NCBI GenBank assembly: GCA_965240325.2
Contig: OZ251230.1
Span: 62,001 to 126,000, forward strand
Direction of reading: 5' to 3'
Length of the DNA stretch: 64,000 bases
Origin: Rebecca billardiae RCC1528
Lineage: Eukaryota; Protista; Haptophyta
Within the stretch, counting starts at the first letter, position 1. The number at the start of each line of letters is the position of its first letter. Position numbers and translations under genes: made by a program. The notes beneath the pieces are model-generated. The model was not told the DNA's origin. It made no database searches and was given only the letters and a program-made list of their open reading frames with translations. Below, piece after piece: positions 25,476-35,722 of the stretch.

Positions 25476-26175
25476 ATGGCGCTCGCTCATCTGATGCTCG
25501 GCGCCAGGCGAGCCGCGCTCGCGGCGCGCATCCCCGCGCCTGCACTCGCCGCGTGCGTGCGTGCGCGCGGGGCGCACTCTCGCGATGAGCCCCCGGCATC
25601 GGCCGAGCCGCTCTCCCTCGCGGACCTGCCCTGGGCCTCGGAGGACGACGAGCTGATTGACGTGGACGCCGCGCACGCCGCCGAGCTCTCCATCGAGCAG
25701 CTCGTCGAGCTGGCGGACGCGCAGGCGAGCGGAGGCGCGCCGCCTGGTGGCAGCGCGGCGGGCTCGCCCGCCGAGGCCTTGGAGAGCGCCTCCCTCGACG
25801 AGCTCGCGCGGCTCGTCGAGGACGTGCAGGAGGACGCGCACATCTCGCTCGACGGCGCGCCCGCAGACGCGGAGGACGCGACGTGGGACTACCGCATCCG
25901 CACGCCGCCGTGGGCGCAAGTGCGCGCGCGCGCGCGCGCGCGCGCGCTGGGACGCGTGCCGCGCACCACGCGCCTGACGCGCCGCGCGCGCGCGCCCCGC
26001 GCCCCGCCGCTGGCAGGTCAACCTGCAGACGTGCACCGCGGTCTTCCTGCTGCAGCCGCCCGCGCGCAAGGAGACGGCGCTGCCGCTCTCGGTGCACGGC
26101 AAGGAGCCGCTCTCCGCGCCGCGCGACCTCGAGCTGCAGCTGCTCTCCAAGCTCGTGCGTCGGCACGGCAAGTGA
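25476..26175 (+). CDS. Hypothetical acidic protein with mitochondrial-type presequence; exons 25476-25919 and 26017-26175 (~200 aa)
   Basis: Arg/Ala/Leu-rich, acid-free N-terminus. A GT-AG intron with CTGAC branch point restores the frame to TGA at 26173. Confidence 0.6.
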
Positions 26176-26651
26176 TTGGCCCGGCCGGCGCGGTGCGTGA
26201 CGGGCTGCGCGCTCTCTGCTTGAGCACCGCGGGCAGACGCCACACGCCACACACACGGTCACGTGGCCGGGCGGGCGTCAGGCGCCGGGCAGGTCTGAGG
26301 CATGCATGCGGGTGCGATGAAGAGTGTGGTTGCTAAGCCTGGCAATGTTGGCGTCGTCAACATCACGTCGTCGAACCAACGGCGCCAGTGTCGCGGGCAA
26401 CGCGCGCCGGGTGCGGTGTGGCGAGTGCACGGCGCAGCCGCGCGCGCAGAGGCAGCACGGGCCCTCTGCCCCTCAGCCAGTGCCAAGTGGCGCGACTGCA
26501 GTCTTACATGGTCAGCACTCAGCTACTGTAGGACCCTGATGCGGATACGTGCGCGTCGTATATCGCGCGTACCGGTAGTCGTCGTCGTCCGATCGAGTCG
26601 TTCAGAATCAGAGCAGCGCGCGTACTTATATATGTACTTATTTACTACTGG

Positions 26652-27186
26652 CAATCGCGGGCAATAAGAAGTCAGAGATCTGACACGGCTAGCCTCGGCG
26701 GTTTCTTAGCTGTTCGGTAGCCCGAGCGCCTACGGAGTCTCAGTTTCTTAGCTACGGGTCCGCCCGCCGCGCAGGCGCGGGGGGCGCAGGGGGGCAGAGC
26801 CCCCTGACGCTGAGTCTTTACTCTTATTACTCTTTAGGCCCGGCCGGCGAGCAGGGGCGAAGAAAATTTTGGGCGCCTGTTTGGAGCAATAAATCTGGCA
26901 CGATGTTGCATGGCGGATGCTGCGGCGCACTGGCCAGGAGTCAGTCATCAGGAGAAGTCGGGACTTGGCCTGTACTCGTAGTTGGGCCGCGCGCCGCGTC
27001 CCCGACGGACCGACTGCGCCTCGCCCTCGGCGGACCACTCGTCAGCCGGGACAGACGTAGTCCCGGTTTCTTAGTGTGACTATGCGTATCAGCGAACCAG
27101 CCAATCGCTAGTCTCAGTTTCTAGGCCAGATCCGCAGTAGCAAGCCCCAGTTTCTTAACGTGACAGCTCCTTATTGCCCGCGATTG
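26652..27186. mobile_element. MITE-like element (~535 bp) with 17-bp TIRs and internal GTTTCTTAG repeats
   Basis: CAATCGCGGGCAATAAG (26652-26668) is a perfect inverted match to 27170-27186. Non-coding; no clear TSD. Confidence 0.6.
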
Positions 27187-27420
27187 TCTATGTAAGTATC
27201 GTAGCAGCAGTCATATATATCGCGGCATCATCCGAGTCATAAGTCGCAGTCACATGGCAATGACCGCGGGCCGACTCGCATTCGGGGCGCCATTGGCATT
27301 CGTCCGCCACGAAGGCCGATGCGCCTGCACTCATCAGCCGGACTCTGCTGCAGCAGTCAGTCACTCAGTCAGTACGTCCTACTACGTACGAGTTACTGAT
27401 TACGCGCCTTCGGATAGTCC

Positions 27421-27422
<2 letters not shown>

Positions 27423-27482
<60 letters not shown>

Positions 27483-27490
27483 GTATGTAT
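27423..27490. repeat. (AT)24 + (GTAT)5 microsatellite
   Basis: Directly visible. Confidence 0.95.
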
Positions 27491-28059
27491 ATAATATATA
27501 TATATTCATTATTTCTATACGTATCGAAATCATTCGCACACTTCCGCAAGATCTCTCACATACATCCAAGCTCGTCGTATAGTGCACTGATCTCACTCAC
27601 AGATCTCCGGACGTCAGGACGAGTCAGGACTCTTGAGACTGAGTCTGGGGCCGGGCGGCGGCGCCCCGGTCCGCGCCTCCGCGGCGGCCCCGTCGCCACC
27701 GGTACGTCATCGTCGCCGGCCAAATTGAAGTGGATGGTCGTAGCTCGGCGAGAAGACTGCGCATGCACCGCACGTGCAGTCCTCCCATGCGCATGACAGT
27801 GTGCCGTGCATGACCCCGCCATCGCGGCGGCCCAGCCGTTTCCGCACTCCCGCAGGCTGGCAGAGTGTCAGACGGTGCCAGTCGCGGCTGTCGCTCCCGG
27901 CATTGCACCTGGCAGCCGCGCCAGCAGCATGCCGTGTGCAGAGAGAAAGAAATGAGCACAATGTCGCGCGGCCGCTGCTGGTCCGTGGGTAGGTACGATG
28001 GGATCGGCCAACGCGCACCGCGCGCGGCAGGGCTCGCTGCGCTCGCTCGTGGCCGCCAC

Positions 28060-28407
28060 TCAGCCAGTCCTGATGTACCCATTGAGGGCGGCGAACGCGA
28101 GCGAGCCGACCAGGCCGAGGATGAGCCCAGCGCCGACGATCTTGCCGGCCGTGCGGTCCGCAGGCTCGCGCAGAGCCTGCTCCTCCATCTGCTCAAACCT
28201 GCGCTTGGACGCAGAGGAGAATTTGCGCCGGCTCGTCACGGTCTCCTCCGCCTCGCCGCCGTAGTTGTTCGAGGCGATGATGGCGGCGCGGCGCAGCGGC
28301 GAGCGCAGGGGCGCTCGGGGCAGCACGAGCGCGCTGGCCGCAGGGCGCAGCCAGCACGCCGCCGCAACGACAGCGAGCAGCATGCCGAGGCGCGCTCCGT
28401 GTGCCAT
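28060..28407 (-). CDS. Small probable plastid-targeted membrane protein with one C-terminal TM
   Basis: Signal peptide ending ASA|L, a basic transit-like segment, and a C-terminal hydrophobic helix (IVGAGLILGLVGSLAFAAL). Confidence 0.65.
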   Translation of the reverse strand: MAHGARLGMLLAVVAAACWLRPAASALVLPRAPLRSPLRRAAIIASNNYGGEAEETVTSRRKFSSASKRRFEQMEEQALREPADRTAGKIVGAGLILGLVGSLAFAALNGYIRTG

Positions 28408-28577
28408 GACGCGGCCGGGGGCGGGCGGGCCCGAATTAACGAGACGGAGCTACCAGCGACCGGACGACATTTGCCGGCGGCGTCTGCCCATCGGGCATCG
28501 ACCAACTGGCGAGCCGGTGGAGCAGGACACTAATTCGTCTTGAATATTTCTTGATGATATCAGCACAAGTACTGAGC

Positions 28578-29498
28578 ATGGGCGGCACCCAAGCTGCCTG
28601 TGTCTCCGAGTCGATGGCGGCGGACGCGCCGCCAGCTGCCGCGGTGGAGCGGGTCTCGAAGGAGCAGTGCATTGAGGCTGTCCAGACGCTCGTCGCGTGT
28701 GAGTTCGACCCGGAGCGCTCGCGCTGGAAGGAGCCCGTGAGCCGTGAGGAGGGCAAGGCTGCGCACGCGATCAGGTGGCGCGTGAACACATCGCTCTTCT
28801 TCGGCGCCACGGTACGCGAGTTCGGGGCGGACAAGGTTTGGAACGAGGCGAAGAAGAGAGACGAGATCCCCGCCAGGCTGTGGAACCCCGCGGAGCAGCG
28901 CCACCAGGACGAGGCCCTCCGCGGCGACGACGTGTACACTGGGATCGTCCTGCGCGGTGAGGGCGAGGGCGCATACGGCTTCGCGACCAGCGACTTTGCG
29001 AAGCTGCCGAAGACGGTGTTCCAGCTCTCGACCGACGCCGTCGCCGTGACCGAGCAGGACGTGCCGACGCTCGTGCCCAAGCTCGCCAAGGCGCTGCGCG
29101 ACGAGCTCGACCGCAGCGAGGGCGCGCACATCGGCCCGTCGCACCGCGCGCAGCTCGAGGCAATCGCGGCGGGCGCTGAGGGGGGCTCGGAGGGCGAGCG
29201 CGTGGTGCAGGCGGTGCAGAGCCTCGTGCAAGCGGGCAAGGCGAGCCAGCTGGCGCTGTGCGCCCGCGCGTACGGCGGCGGCGTGTGGCGCGTGGCCGTG
29301 AGCCTGCGCACCCTGGGCAGCGCCCTCGGCCGTACCTCCGTGGCCGTACCTGAGATGTTCGGGGCGGACCAATGGACCGAGTACGCGCACGCAGACGTCG
29401 ACGAGCTGCTCGTCGGATTCGAGCTGCGGGACGACGGCAAGCCGTCGTACGTGCGGTTGACGCGAGCCGACCTCGCACTGGACCACGTGAGCTTCTGA
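28578..29498 (+). CDS. Hypothetical globular protein (start ATG 28578 or 28614)
   Basis: Normal-complexity ~300-aa ORF with strong third-position G/C bias; no recognised family. Confidence 0.7.
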   Translation: MGGTQAACVSESMAADAPPAAAVERVSKEQCIEAVQTLVACEFDPERSRWKEPVSREEGKAAHAIRWRVNTSLFFGATVREFGADKVWNEAKKRDEIPARLWNPAEQRHQDEALRGDDVYTGIVLRGEGEGAYGFATSDFAKLPKTVFQLSTDAVAVTEQDVPTLVPKLAKALRDELDRSEGAHIGPSHRAQLEAIAAGAEGGSEGERVVQAVQSLVQAGKASQLALCARAYGGGVWRVAVSLRTLGSALGRTSVAVPEMFGADQWTEYAHADVDELLVGFELRDDGKPSYVRLTRADLALDHVSF

Positions 29499-29865
29499 CC
29501 CGCGCCCACCAGCACGGCGTGCGCGAAGCCCGGGCGCCCTCACGTAATTCCGCATGTAACGGCTCAGACCCGGTCCAGGCACGCGGTGCGGCGCCGAGCA
29601 CCGTCGGGCGTTGGGCAATGGGCCGCACGACCTGCAGGCTGGCTGCCTGCACAGATGGCATAGCAGTAGGCGCGGACCGTCGCCGACGTCCGCTGCCAGT
29701 TGTCCCGCGCGAGCAGAGAGCATCGACAGACTCTCACAGTCCATTAGCTGACGACAGCTACTGGGATCACATTGGATCGGCGGTCCGGCGCCGTCGTCTT
29801 GGCCGTTTGCGAGTTGCGACTTTGTTTGCGTGCGGTTTGGTCCTCAGCGCCCATCACGAATCAGG

Positions 29866-30549
29866 ATGGCGGCCGTCAGGACGTCATCGATCCATCGCCC
29901 GCTGATCGCCTCCGTCGTGCTCCTCGCCATCTGCGAGCGTGGGGATGCCGCCGCGCGCCTCTTCTTCGACGTTTCAGCGGGAGACCGCACGCTTGGTCGC
30001 ATCGTCGTCCGTCTGGACGAGGCGACAGCCATCGCGCTCCCACGGATGTCTGAGAACGTGCGCCAGCTTGCAGCTGCCGAGCGCGCGCCGGTGGACGCCC
30101 GCCTCACCTACCGCGGCTGCGCGTTCGAGTACTCGCCGTCATACGTCGAAGGGCCACAGTACAAGTGGGCGCATGTTCTGAAGGGCAATGGCCTCCCGGC
30201 CCTCCCCCCAACACCCGAAGAGCGCGCTGCGCTGCTTGCATGCACTCGCGACTGTTTTGGCGGCTCCTACTACGGCATGCGCGTGGAGGACGACGACGGT
30301 GCGGGCGCGTCGGTGCTGGCCATGCCGGTCTCGGGGCCTGGCGCGGGCAAGTCGCGCATCGCGTTCGTGCGCGTCGGCGCCAGCCCCCGCGAGTGGCGCC
30401 AGCGGCTGCTGCTCAACCTGGCCGTGCTCGGCGCTGTCGAGGGCAGCGCCTCCGAGGCGACGCTGAGGGCGATCGCAACGGCCCCGTGTCCACCCGTCGT
30501 GGAGGATTGTGGCGAGCTGCCCCGCGATGATGATGGGGCGGACGCGTAA
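29866..30549 (+). CDS. Divergent cyclophilin-like protein, probably catalytically inactive
   Basis: LFFDVSAG..LGRIVVRL..PRMSENVRQL..LTYRGCAF and C-terminal VVEDCGEL follow the cyclophilin fold. FHR, QGGD and HxVFG motifs are missing. Confidence 0.7.
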   Translation: MAAVRTSSIHRPLIASVVLLAICERGDAAARLFFDVSAGDRTLGRIVVRLDEATAIALPRMSENVRQLAAAERAPVDARLTYRGCAFEYSPSYVEGPQYKWAHVLKGNGLPALPPTPEERAALLACTRDCFGGSYYGMRVEDDDGAGASVLAMPVSGPGAGKSRIAFVRVGASPREWRQRLLLNLAVLGAVEGSASEATLRAIATAPCPPVVEDCGELPRDDDGADA

Positions 30550-30741
30550 GCTGCTGCATCACGCAGCGACGGACCAGCACCGTCGACGTCCCAGACCGGA
30601 TGAGAGTCTGCCTGATCAGAAGTTCGCTCATCGCTCAGCGCTTGCTTATCAGCCTGCGTCACCGTCAGCGCTCATGGATGGTGTTTACCCAAATGAGTAA
30701 TGACCGATTGACCGCGCCAGCCACCCCCGAACCCGTCCACA

Positions 30742-31674
30742 ATGCGCGGGTCGCTCCTCGGCGCTGCATGCGCGGTGTGGGCGTGGGCTCGCCCTGGGGC
30801 CGCGCGGCCGATGTCCGACGTCGTCGCGGATTGCCTCAAGGCCGACTGCACCAACATCGCCATCATGCAGGAGGGCATCACCGGCACGATCCCGACCGAG
30901 ATCGGCCTGCTCTCGCGGCTGAATGACCTGTACGTCATCAACTACAAGCTGCCCACGCCCGGGCTGACGGGCACGCTGCCCACGGAGCTCGCCCTTCTCA
31001 CGGCGCTGAAGGACTTCAATTGCTTCGGCAACCAGCTCGCGGGCCCCGTGCCTGCGTTCCTTGCCCGCATGGACGCCCTGCAGACGCTCAACCTCAACCA
31101 CAACCACCTGAGCGGCACGCTGCCCACCGAGCTGGCGGAGGCGAAGAGTCTGTGGCACGTGGAGCTCACGGCGAACTGGCTGACGGGCGCCGTCCCGTTT
31201 GAGCTCGCCTCCTCGCCGAAGATCCGGATTGGCACGGTCGCCTTCAACGCCATCACCACCGTGGGGTACTGGGACGTGAAGCAGAATGTGGCGCAGCCGC
31301 AGCCGAGCGCGCAGCAACAGCCCGCTGCGGAGGCGGCCGAGGAGGAGGAGGATGACGAGGATCGCGCAGCTACGCTGGAGGAGCTCTTCACCAAGATCGC
31401 AAAGATGCAGGCAGAGGCCTCTATGGATGATGCCTCCGCCAAGGCGCCACTCGCCAGCGAGTCGCTCCGCGCTGCACACTCCCCAAAGCCCCTGGCAGCC
31501 GCCCAGGGCGTGGGCAGCTTGGGCCTCGGCCTGAGCGTGGGCGTGGGACTGCTTCTGGCACAGCTGATGCTGCTCGGCGTGGCATTTGGGCTGGGCATGC
31601 GAGCTGGACGCAGTGACGCCCCCGCGCAGGGCGTCTGCGCGGACGGGCCCACGCAGCGGCGGACGATGCTCTGA
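30742..31674 (+). CDS. LRR receptor-like protein (signal peptide, plant-type LRRs, C-terminal TM, short tail)
   Basis: Repeats TGTIPTEIGLL, TGTLPTELALL, NQLAGPVP, NHLSGTLPTELA, NWLTGAVP; hydrophobic GLGLSVGVGLLLAQLMLLGVAF. Confidence 0.85.
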   Translation: MRGSLLGAACAVWAWARPGAARPMSDVVADCLKADCTNIAIMQEGITGTIPTEIGLLSRLNDLYVINYKLPTPGLTGTLPTELALLTALKDFNCFGNQLAGPVPAFLARMDALQTLNLNHNHLSGTLPTELAEAKSLWHVELTANWLTGAVPFELASSPKIRIGTVAFNAITTVGYWDVKQNVAQPQPSAQQQPAAEAAEEEEDDEDRAATLEELFTKIAKMQAEASMDDASAKAPLASESLRAAHSPKPLAAAQGVGSLGLGLSVGVGLLLAQLMLLGVAFGLGMRAGRSDAPAQGVCADGPTQRRTML

Positions 31675-32358
31675 AGACTGTGATGCGTGCAGCCGGAGTC
31701 CGCGCTGCCGCGAACCGCTGATGATCAATCGCAAGCTGCTCATCAACATGCTTTGTGCGCACCGCAGCTCTGCCGCCACGGGCCTGCCTGCGCGCGATGC
31801 GTCGTCCGCCGGTGGCGGCTCTGGTAACCAGCGCACTCGCCGGGCACCTGCCGCCGGGCACGGCGGGCCGCGCAGCGCGGCGCCGCCAGCGGGCGCGGCG
31901 CAGCAAAAATTAATGTTGTATAGCAGTGGACGATGATATTGCGTCGTCATCATTGATGACGATGATGATGACGACGCGATATATATGGCGCCCGCAGTAG
32001 CGCGCGTGCATGATATGGCAGTAGCAGCAGATATCGTGGCGCGGTACTGCGCGCTGCCAATTATGAATTAAGAATTATTATTATAGCGCCCGCGGCAGTG
32101 CGGCGTACTTATATCCGACGAGAGCGGGACGCGACAATTGAACGCCGCGGGCGTCAGTGCGCCGCTCATCAGGCTCTCCTAGCAGCTACGACCACAGCCT
32201 CAAAGGGCTAGCTGCTCCCGGACGAATGGTCCGCATCGTCGCCACGGCGCCGGTCCGCAGCCGGCCCAAGCTACGACTGCTCGGATGATGCCGGCGGTCC
32301 GGCAGCTGTCCCCTGCTCGATGCCACTGTGGCATCAGCTGTGCCCCACGCCGCGTGCG

Positions 32359-33660
32359 CTAGCGCCCCACCTCGATACCGACGACGCGCTCGCGATCGGC
32401 CGCGTCGTAGAGCAGTCGCACCGCCGCGCCGTCCGCGTCGAGGCTGCGCCGGCCCGCCTCGAGGATGGCGGTCGCCTGCGCGGTCGTGCCCAGCGTCGCG
32501 AGCCGGCCGTCGTCGAAGGCGTCGGGCGCGCACTCGCCGCGCCGCACGGCGGCCACGGCGTCGACGAACGCCTCGAACGAGCGGTACCCGTACCCACCCT
32601 GCCCGGCGAACCGCCCGTCGGAGGGCGTGTACTTCATGAAGAGCGGGTTGACGCTCTGGAAGCCGCCGCTGTCGTCCGCCTGCGTGTACCCGCGGTGCGC
32701 CTGGTCCACGCTCAGCTCGCCGCGCCGCCCGAGGTAGAAGAAGCGCTGCTGCGAGTGCACGTCGGCGCGCGGCGCGGCCCACGACGCCGTGTACGTCGCG
32801 TGCCCCGCGCTCCCGTCCGCGAGGTCCTCCCAGTCCACCGCCAGCGTGATCGTGTCCTCGCACGAGTCCGGCAGCTCGGGCCGCGCGCTCGCGAGCCCGG
32901 TGGACGCGCGACCGACCACGCGCGTCGGCCGGCTGAGGCCGCGCGCGGCCCAGACGTGGAAGTCGACGTGGTGCGCGTTGAGGTAGTACGAGATGTCCGA
33001 CGAGCGGCCGGCCCACCCCTTGAACGTCTCGAGCTGGTGCTTGGGCTGGCTCATGTACGCGCACGCAAAGCTGAGCGGCCCAAAGCCGCGCAGCCGGTCG
33101 CGCGCGTCCGCGTACATCGGGTCGAGGCGCTTGTGCACCTCGACGGCGGCGAGCACGCCGCGCGACGCGGCGAGCTGGGCGAGCTCGATGTGCTTCGCCA
33201 GCGTCTTCGTCGCCGGCTTCGTCACGAGCACGTGCACGCCGCGCTCGATGCACGCCTTGGCGATCGCGTAGTGCGTGTCGTCGGGCGTGAAGATCACGCC
33301 GATGTCGCCCGGCCGGGCGAAGTCGCGCAGCGCGCGGCGGTACGCGAGCGGGTCGGGGGCGCTCGAGTCCTCGGGCGGGTACGCGACGAAGTCCAAGTCG
33401 CGCTCCGGCTCGGTGAACGTGCGCGGGTACGCGGCGGCGACGTGCGCGGCCAGGTGCGCGCGGATGCCGGCAAACTTGGCGCCCTGCGTGCCGCACATGG
33501 CGAGCTTGCCCACCTTGCCGCGCTTGCGCAGGTCGAACATGGTGAGCGCCACGACGCCCGCGCCCTTGTCCGAGTCGGAGCGCTCGCCGTGCACGTAGCC
33601 CGTCGTGTACTCGCCCGTGCCGAACATGAGCACGTTCGGCGGGCGCGGCGGCGACGCCAT
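32359..33660 (-). CDS. gaaA: Gfo/Idh/MocA oxidoreductase closely resembling fungal D-galacturonate reductase GaaA (433 aa, no introns)
   Basis: [74 protein letters not shown] and GYGYRSFE match GaaA as I recall it. Confidence 0.85.
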   Translation of the reverse strand: MASPPRPPNVLMFGTGEYTTGYVHGERSDSDKGAGVVALTMFDLRKRGKVGKLAMCGTQGAKFAGIRAHLAAHVAAAYPRTFTEPERDLDFVAYPPEDSSAPDPLAYRRALRDFARPGDIGVIFTPDDTHYAIAKACIERGVHVLVTKPATKTLAKHIELAQLAASRGVLAAVEVHKRLDPMYADARDRLRGFGPLSFACAYMSQPKHQLETFKGWAGRSSDISYYLNAHHVDFHVWAARGLSRPTRVVGRASTGLASARPELPDSCEDTITLAVDWEDLADGSAGHATYTASWAAPRADVHSQQRFFYLGRRGELSVDQAHRGYTQADDSGGFQSVNPLFMKYTPSDGRFAGQGGYGYRSFEAFVDAVAAVRRGECAPDAFDDGRLATLGTTAQATAILEAGRRSLDADGAAVRLLYDAADRERVVGIEVGR

Positions 33661-33760
33661 GGCCGCTACCAGTACGGCTACACGGATGGTATCGCCCCTT
33701 TCCCGGACCGCCCACCGCCGAGCGCCAGGACCGAACGGCACGCCGAGGTTGTGCGGATTC

Positions 33761-35331
33761 ATGGCTGCTCGCGCGCCGGCACAACAACAGTTGAGTCCGA
33801 TCAAGGAGGGCGGCCACGACAAGTCGGAGCTGGAGGGGCTGCGCGCGGACAAGGAGGGCGAGAGCAAGCGCGAGTCGAAGCCGCGCGGCCGCGCCATGTT
33901 CCCCTTCGCCTCCTCCCTGCTGCAGTGCCTGCTCATGCGCGTTCGTCTCTTCTTCTCCTTCTTCAAGCCAGGTGCGCACACTCGCGCGCGCGCGCGCGCG
34001 TGCACGCTCGTGCCGTGCAGGCGGCGGCGCGCGCGCGCGGCGGCGGCGCGCGACGCCGAGCACGCCGCCTCCCTCCGCGCCCTCCTCGCCCGCGCGCAGG
34101 CCGCGACATGAGCGTGGGCGAGCGCCGTCTCAAGGTGGTGCGGCTGCTCGCGGAGGGCGGCTTCTCCTTCGTCTACCTCGTCGAGAACGCGGCGACGGGC
34201 GAGCGGCACGCGCTGAAGAAGGTGCTCGCGGCGGAGGCCGACCAGGTGCGCGCGCGCGCGCGGTGTGCGCTGCGCCCGTCGCCGCCGCCGCCCGTCGCCG
34301 CCGCGCGCGCCGCTCGGCCGCCTGAGCGGTGCGCCGCGCCGCGCGCACGTCGCCTCTCGCCCTCGGCGCTCTGGCGGCGCTCTGGCGTCGCGCAGGTGAA
34401 GGAGACGAAGTGGGAGATCGAGGTGCACAGCGCGTTCAGCCACCCGCACCTCATGCCGCTCATCGACCACTGCAACGTGCGCACGCCCGCGGGCACCACG
34501 GAGTTCCGGCTGCTGATGCCGCTGTACGGCCTGTCGCTGCAGGACCGCATCATGGCGCTGCTGGACGGCGGGCGCAGCATGGAGGAGGCGGACATCCTCG
34601 CGGTGTTCGCCGCGGTGTGCGAGGGCGTGCGCCAGTTCCACGAGCACTCGCCGCCGTGGGCGCACCGCGACATCAAGCCGGCCAACGTGCTGCTCGGCGC
34701 GGACGACTCTCCGGTGCTGATGGACTTTGGCTCCACGCAGCTCGCGCGCGTGACGATCGAGTCGCGCACGGCGGCGCTGCTGCTGCAGGAGGACGCGGCG
34801 CAGCACTGCAGCATGGCGTACCGCGCGCCCGAGCTGTGGGACGTGCCGAGCGCGTGCGAGATCGACGAGCGCACCGACGTCTGGTCCCTCGGCTGCACGC
34901 TGTACGCCATGGCGTTCTACTTCTCGCCGTTCGAGTGCACGATCGGAGAGGACGGCGTGCCGCGCGTGTGCGACTGCTCCTACCTGCGCGTGATCGGCGG
35001 GCTGCAGTTCCCGCGCAGCACGCCGTACTCGGCGCCGTTCCTCGAGCTGATCAAGTGGATGCTCACGGTGGACAAGGACAGGCGGCCCTTCGTGCACGAG
35101 GTCGAGGCGCGCATCCGCGAGATGCGCGCCTCGCGCGGCGCGGGCGCGCGCGCGCGCAAGCCGGCCAAGGTGGTGGCCGCGCCGCCGCCCGCCGACCGGC
35201 CGGTCGACATCCCCGCCTCGCCGCGCGGCGCGGCGACGGACGGCGAGGGCGCGGCCGCCAAGCTGTCCAGCCCCGGCGGCGGCGCGGCGCACCGCGCGAG
35301 CGCGCACGGCGGCGACTGGTCCGCCGCGTAG
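33761..35331 (+). CDS. NAK-family Ser/Thr kinase, STK16/MPSK1-like; exons 33761-33971, 34100-34245, 34396-35331 (alternative start 33896)
   Basis: [37 protein letters not shown] activation segment [21 protein letters not shown], and DVWSLGC. Confidence 0.88.
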
Positions 35332-35722
35332 CGCAGCCGACCGCGAGGCGACGCCGCGGGCGCGAGGCCGGCGCGGCCGCCGCGGCCGGCGCGCGCGCCG
35401 ACGGTCGAGCGGGCGGTAGTTGGCGGCGCGGCCTCGGCGCGACAGCCGCCGGGCCGGGCACCGCCTCGGCGCACGCGTGGCCCGTGCGCCTTGCGACGGC
35501 TTTGGCTCCGCCGCACCGCCAGCTGCCAGCAGCTCCAGGATCGCCGCCGATGATGCTTCACCCACTAACTAGGCACTACTGTTACTGTACCAATTACCTC
35601 CCGGTACGGTACAGTAAAGTACTTTACCGTACTGTATACAGTTTACTGCTATGTTTTAACGTGCACACTTGGTTAAGGCGTGATTGACGCCATCCATCAA
35701 CACTGCACAAAGACACCGCCAC

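Noticed and set aside
26691-27160. GTTTCTTAG repeats as a CRISPR array
   Set aside because: Repeats are short, degenerate and irregularly spaced (42, 323, 51, 33 bp), with no cas genes and a eukaryotic context.
27254-27796. 180-aa ORF with a YIYIYI tract
   Set aside because: Translation of the (AT)n microsatellite.
34246-34395. Introns as Introner transposons
   Set aside because: Introns share composition but are not copies of one another; the CAG|GT repeats at junctions are ordinary splice consensus.
32320-35565. Apparent 1003-aa kinase fusion and 1068-aa reductase fusion
   Set aside because: Each ORF simply runs antisense through the neighbouring divergent gene.
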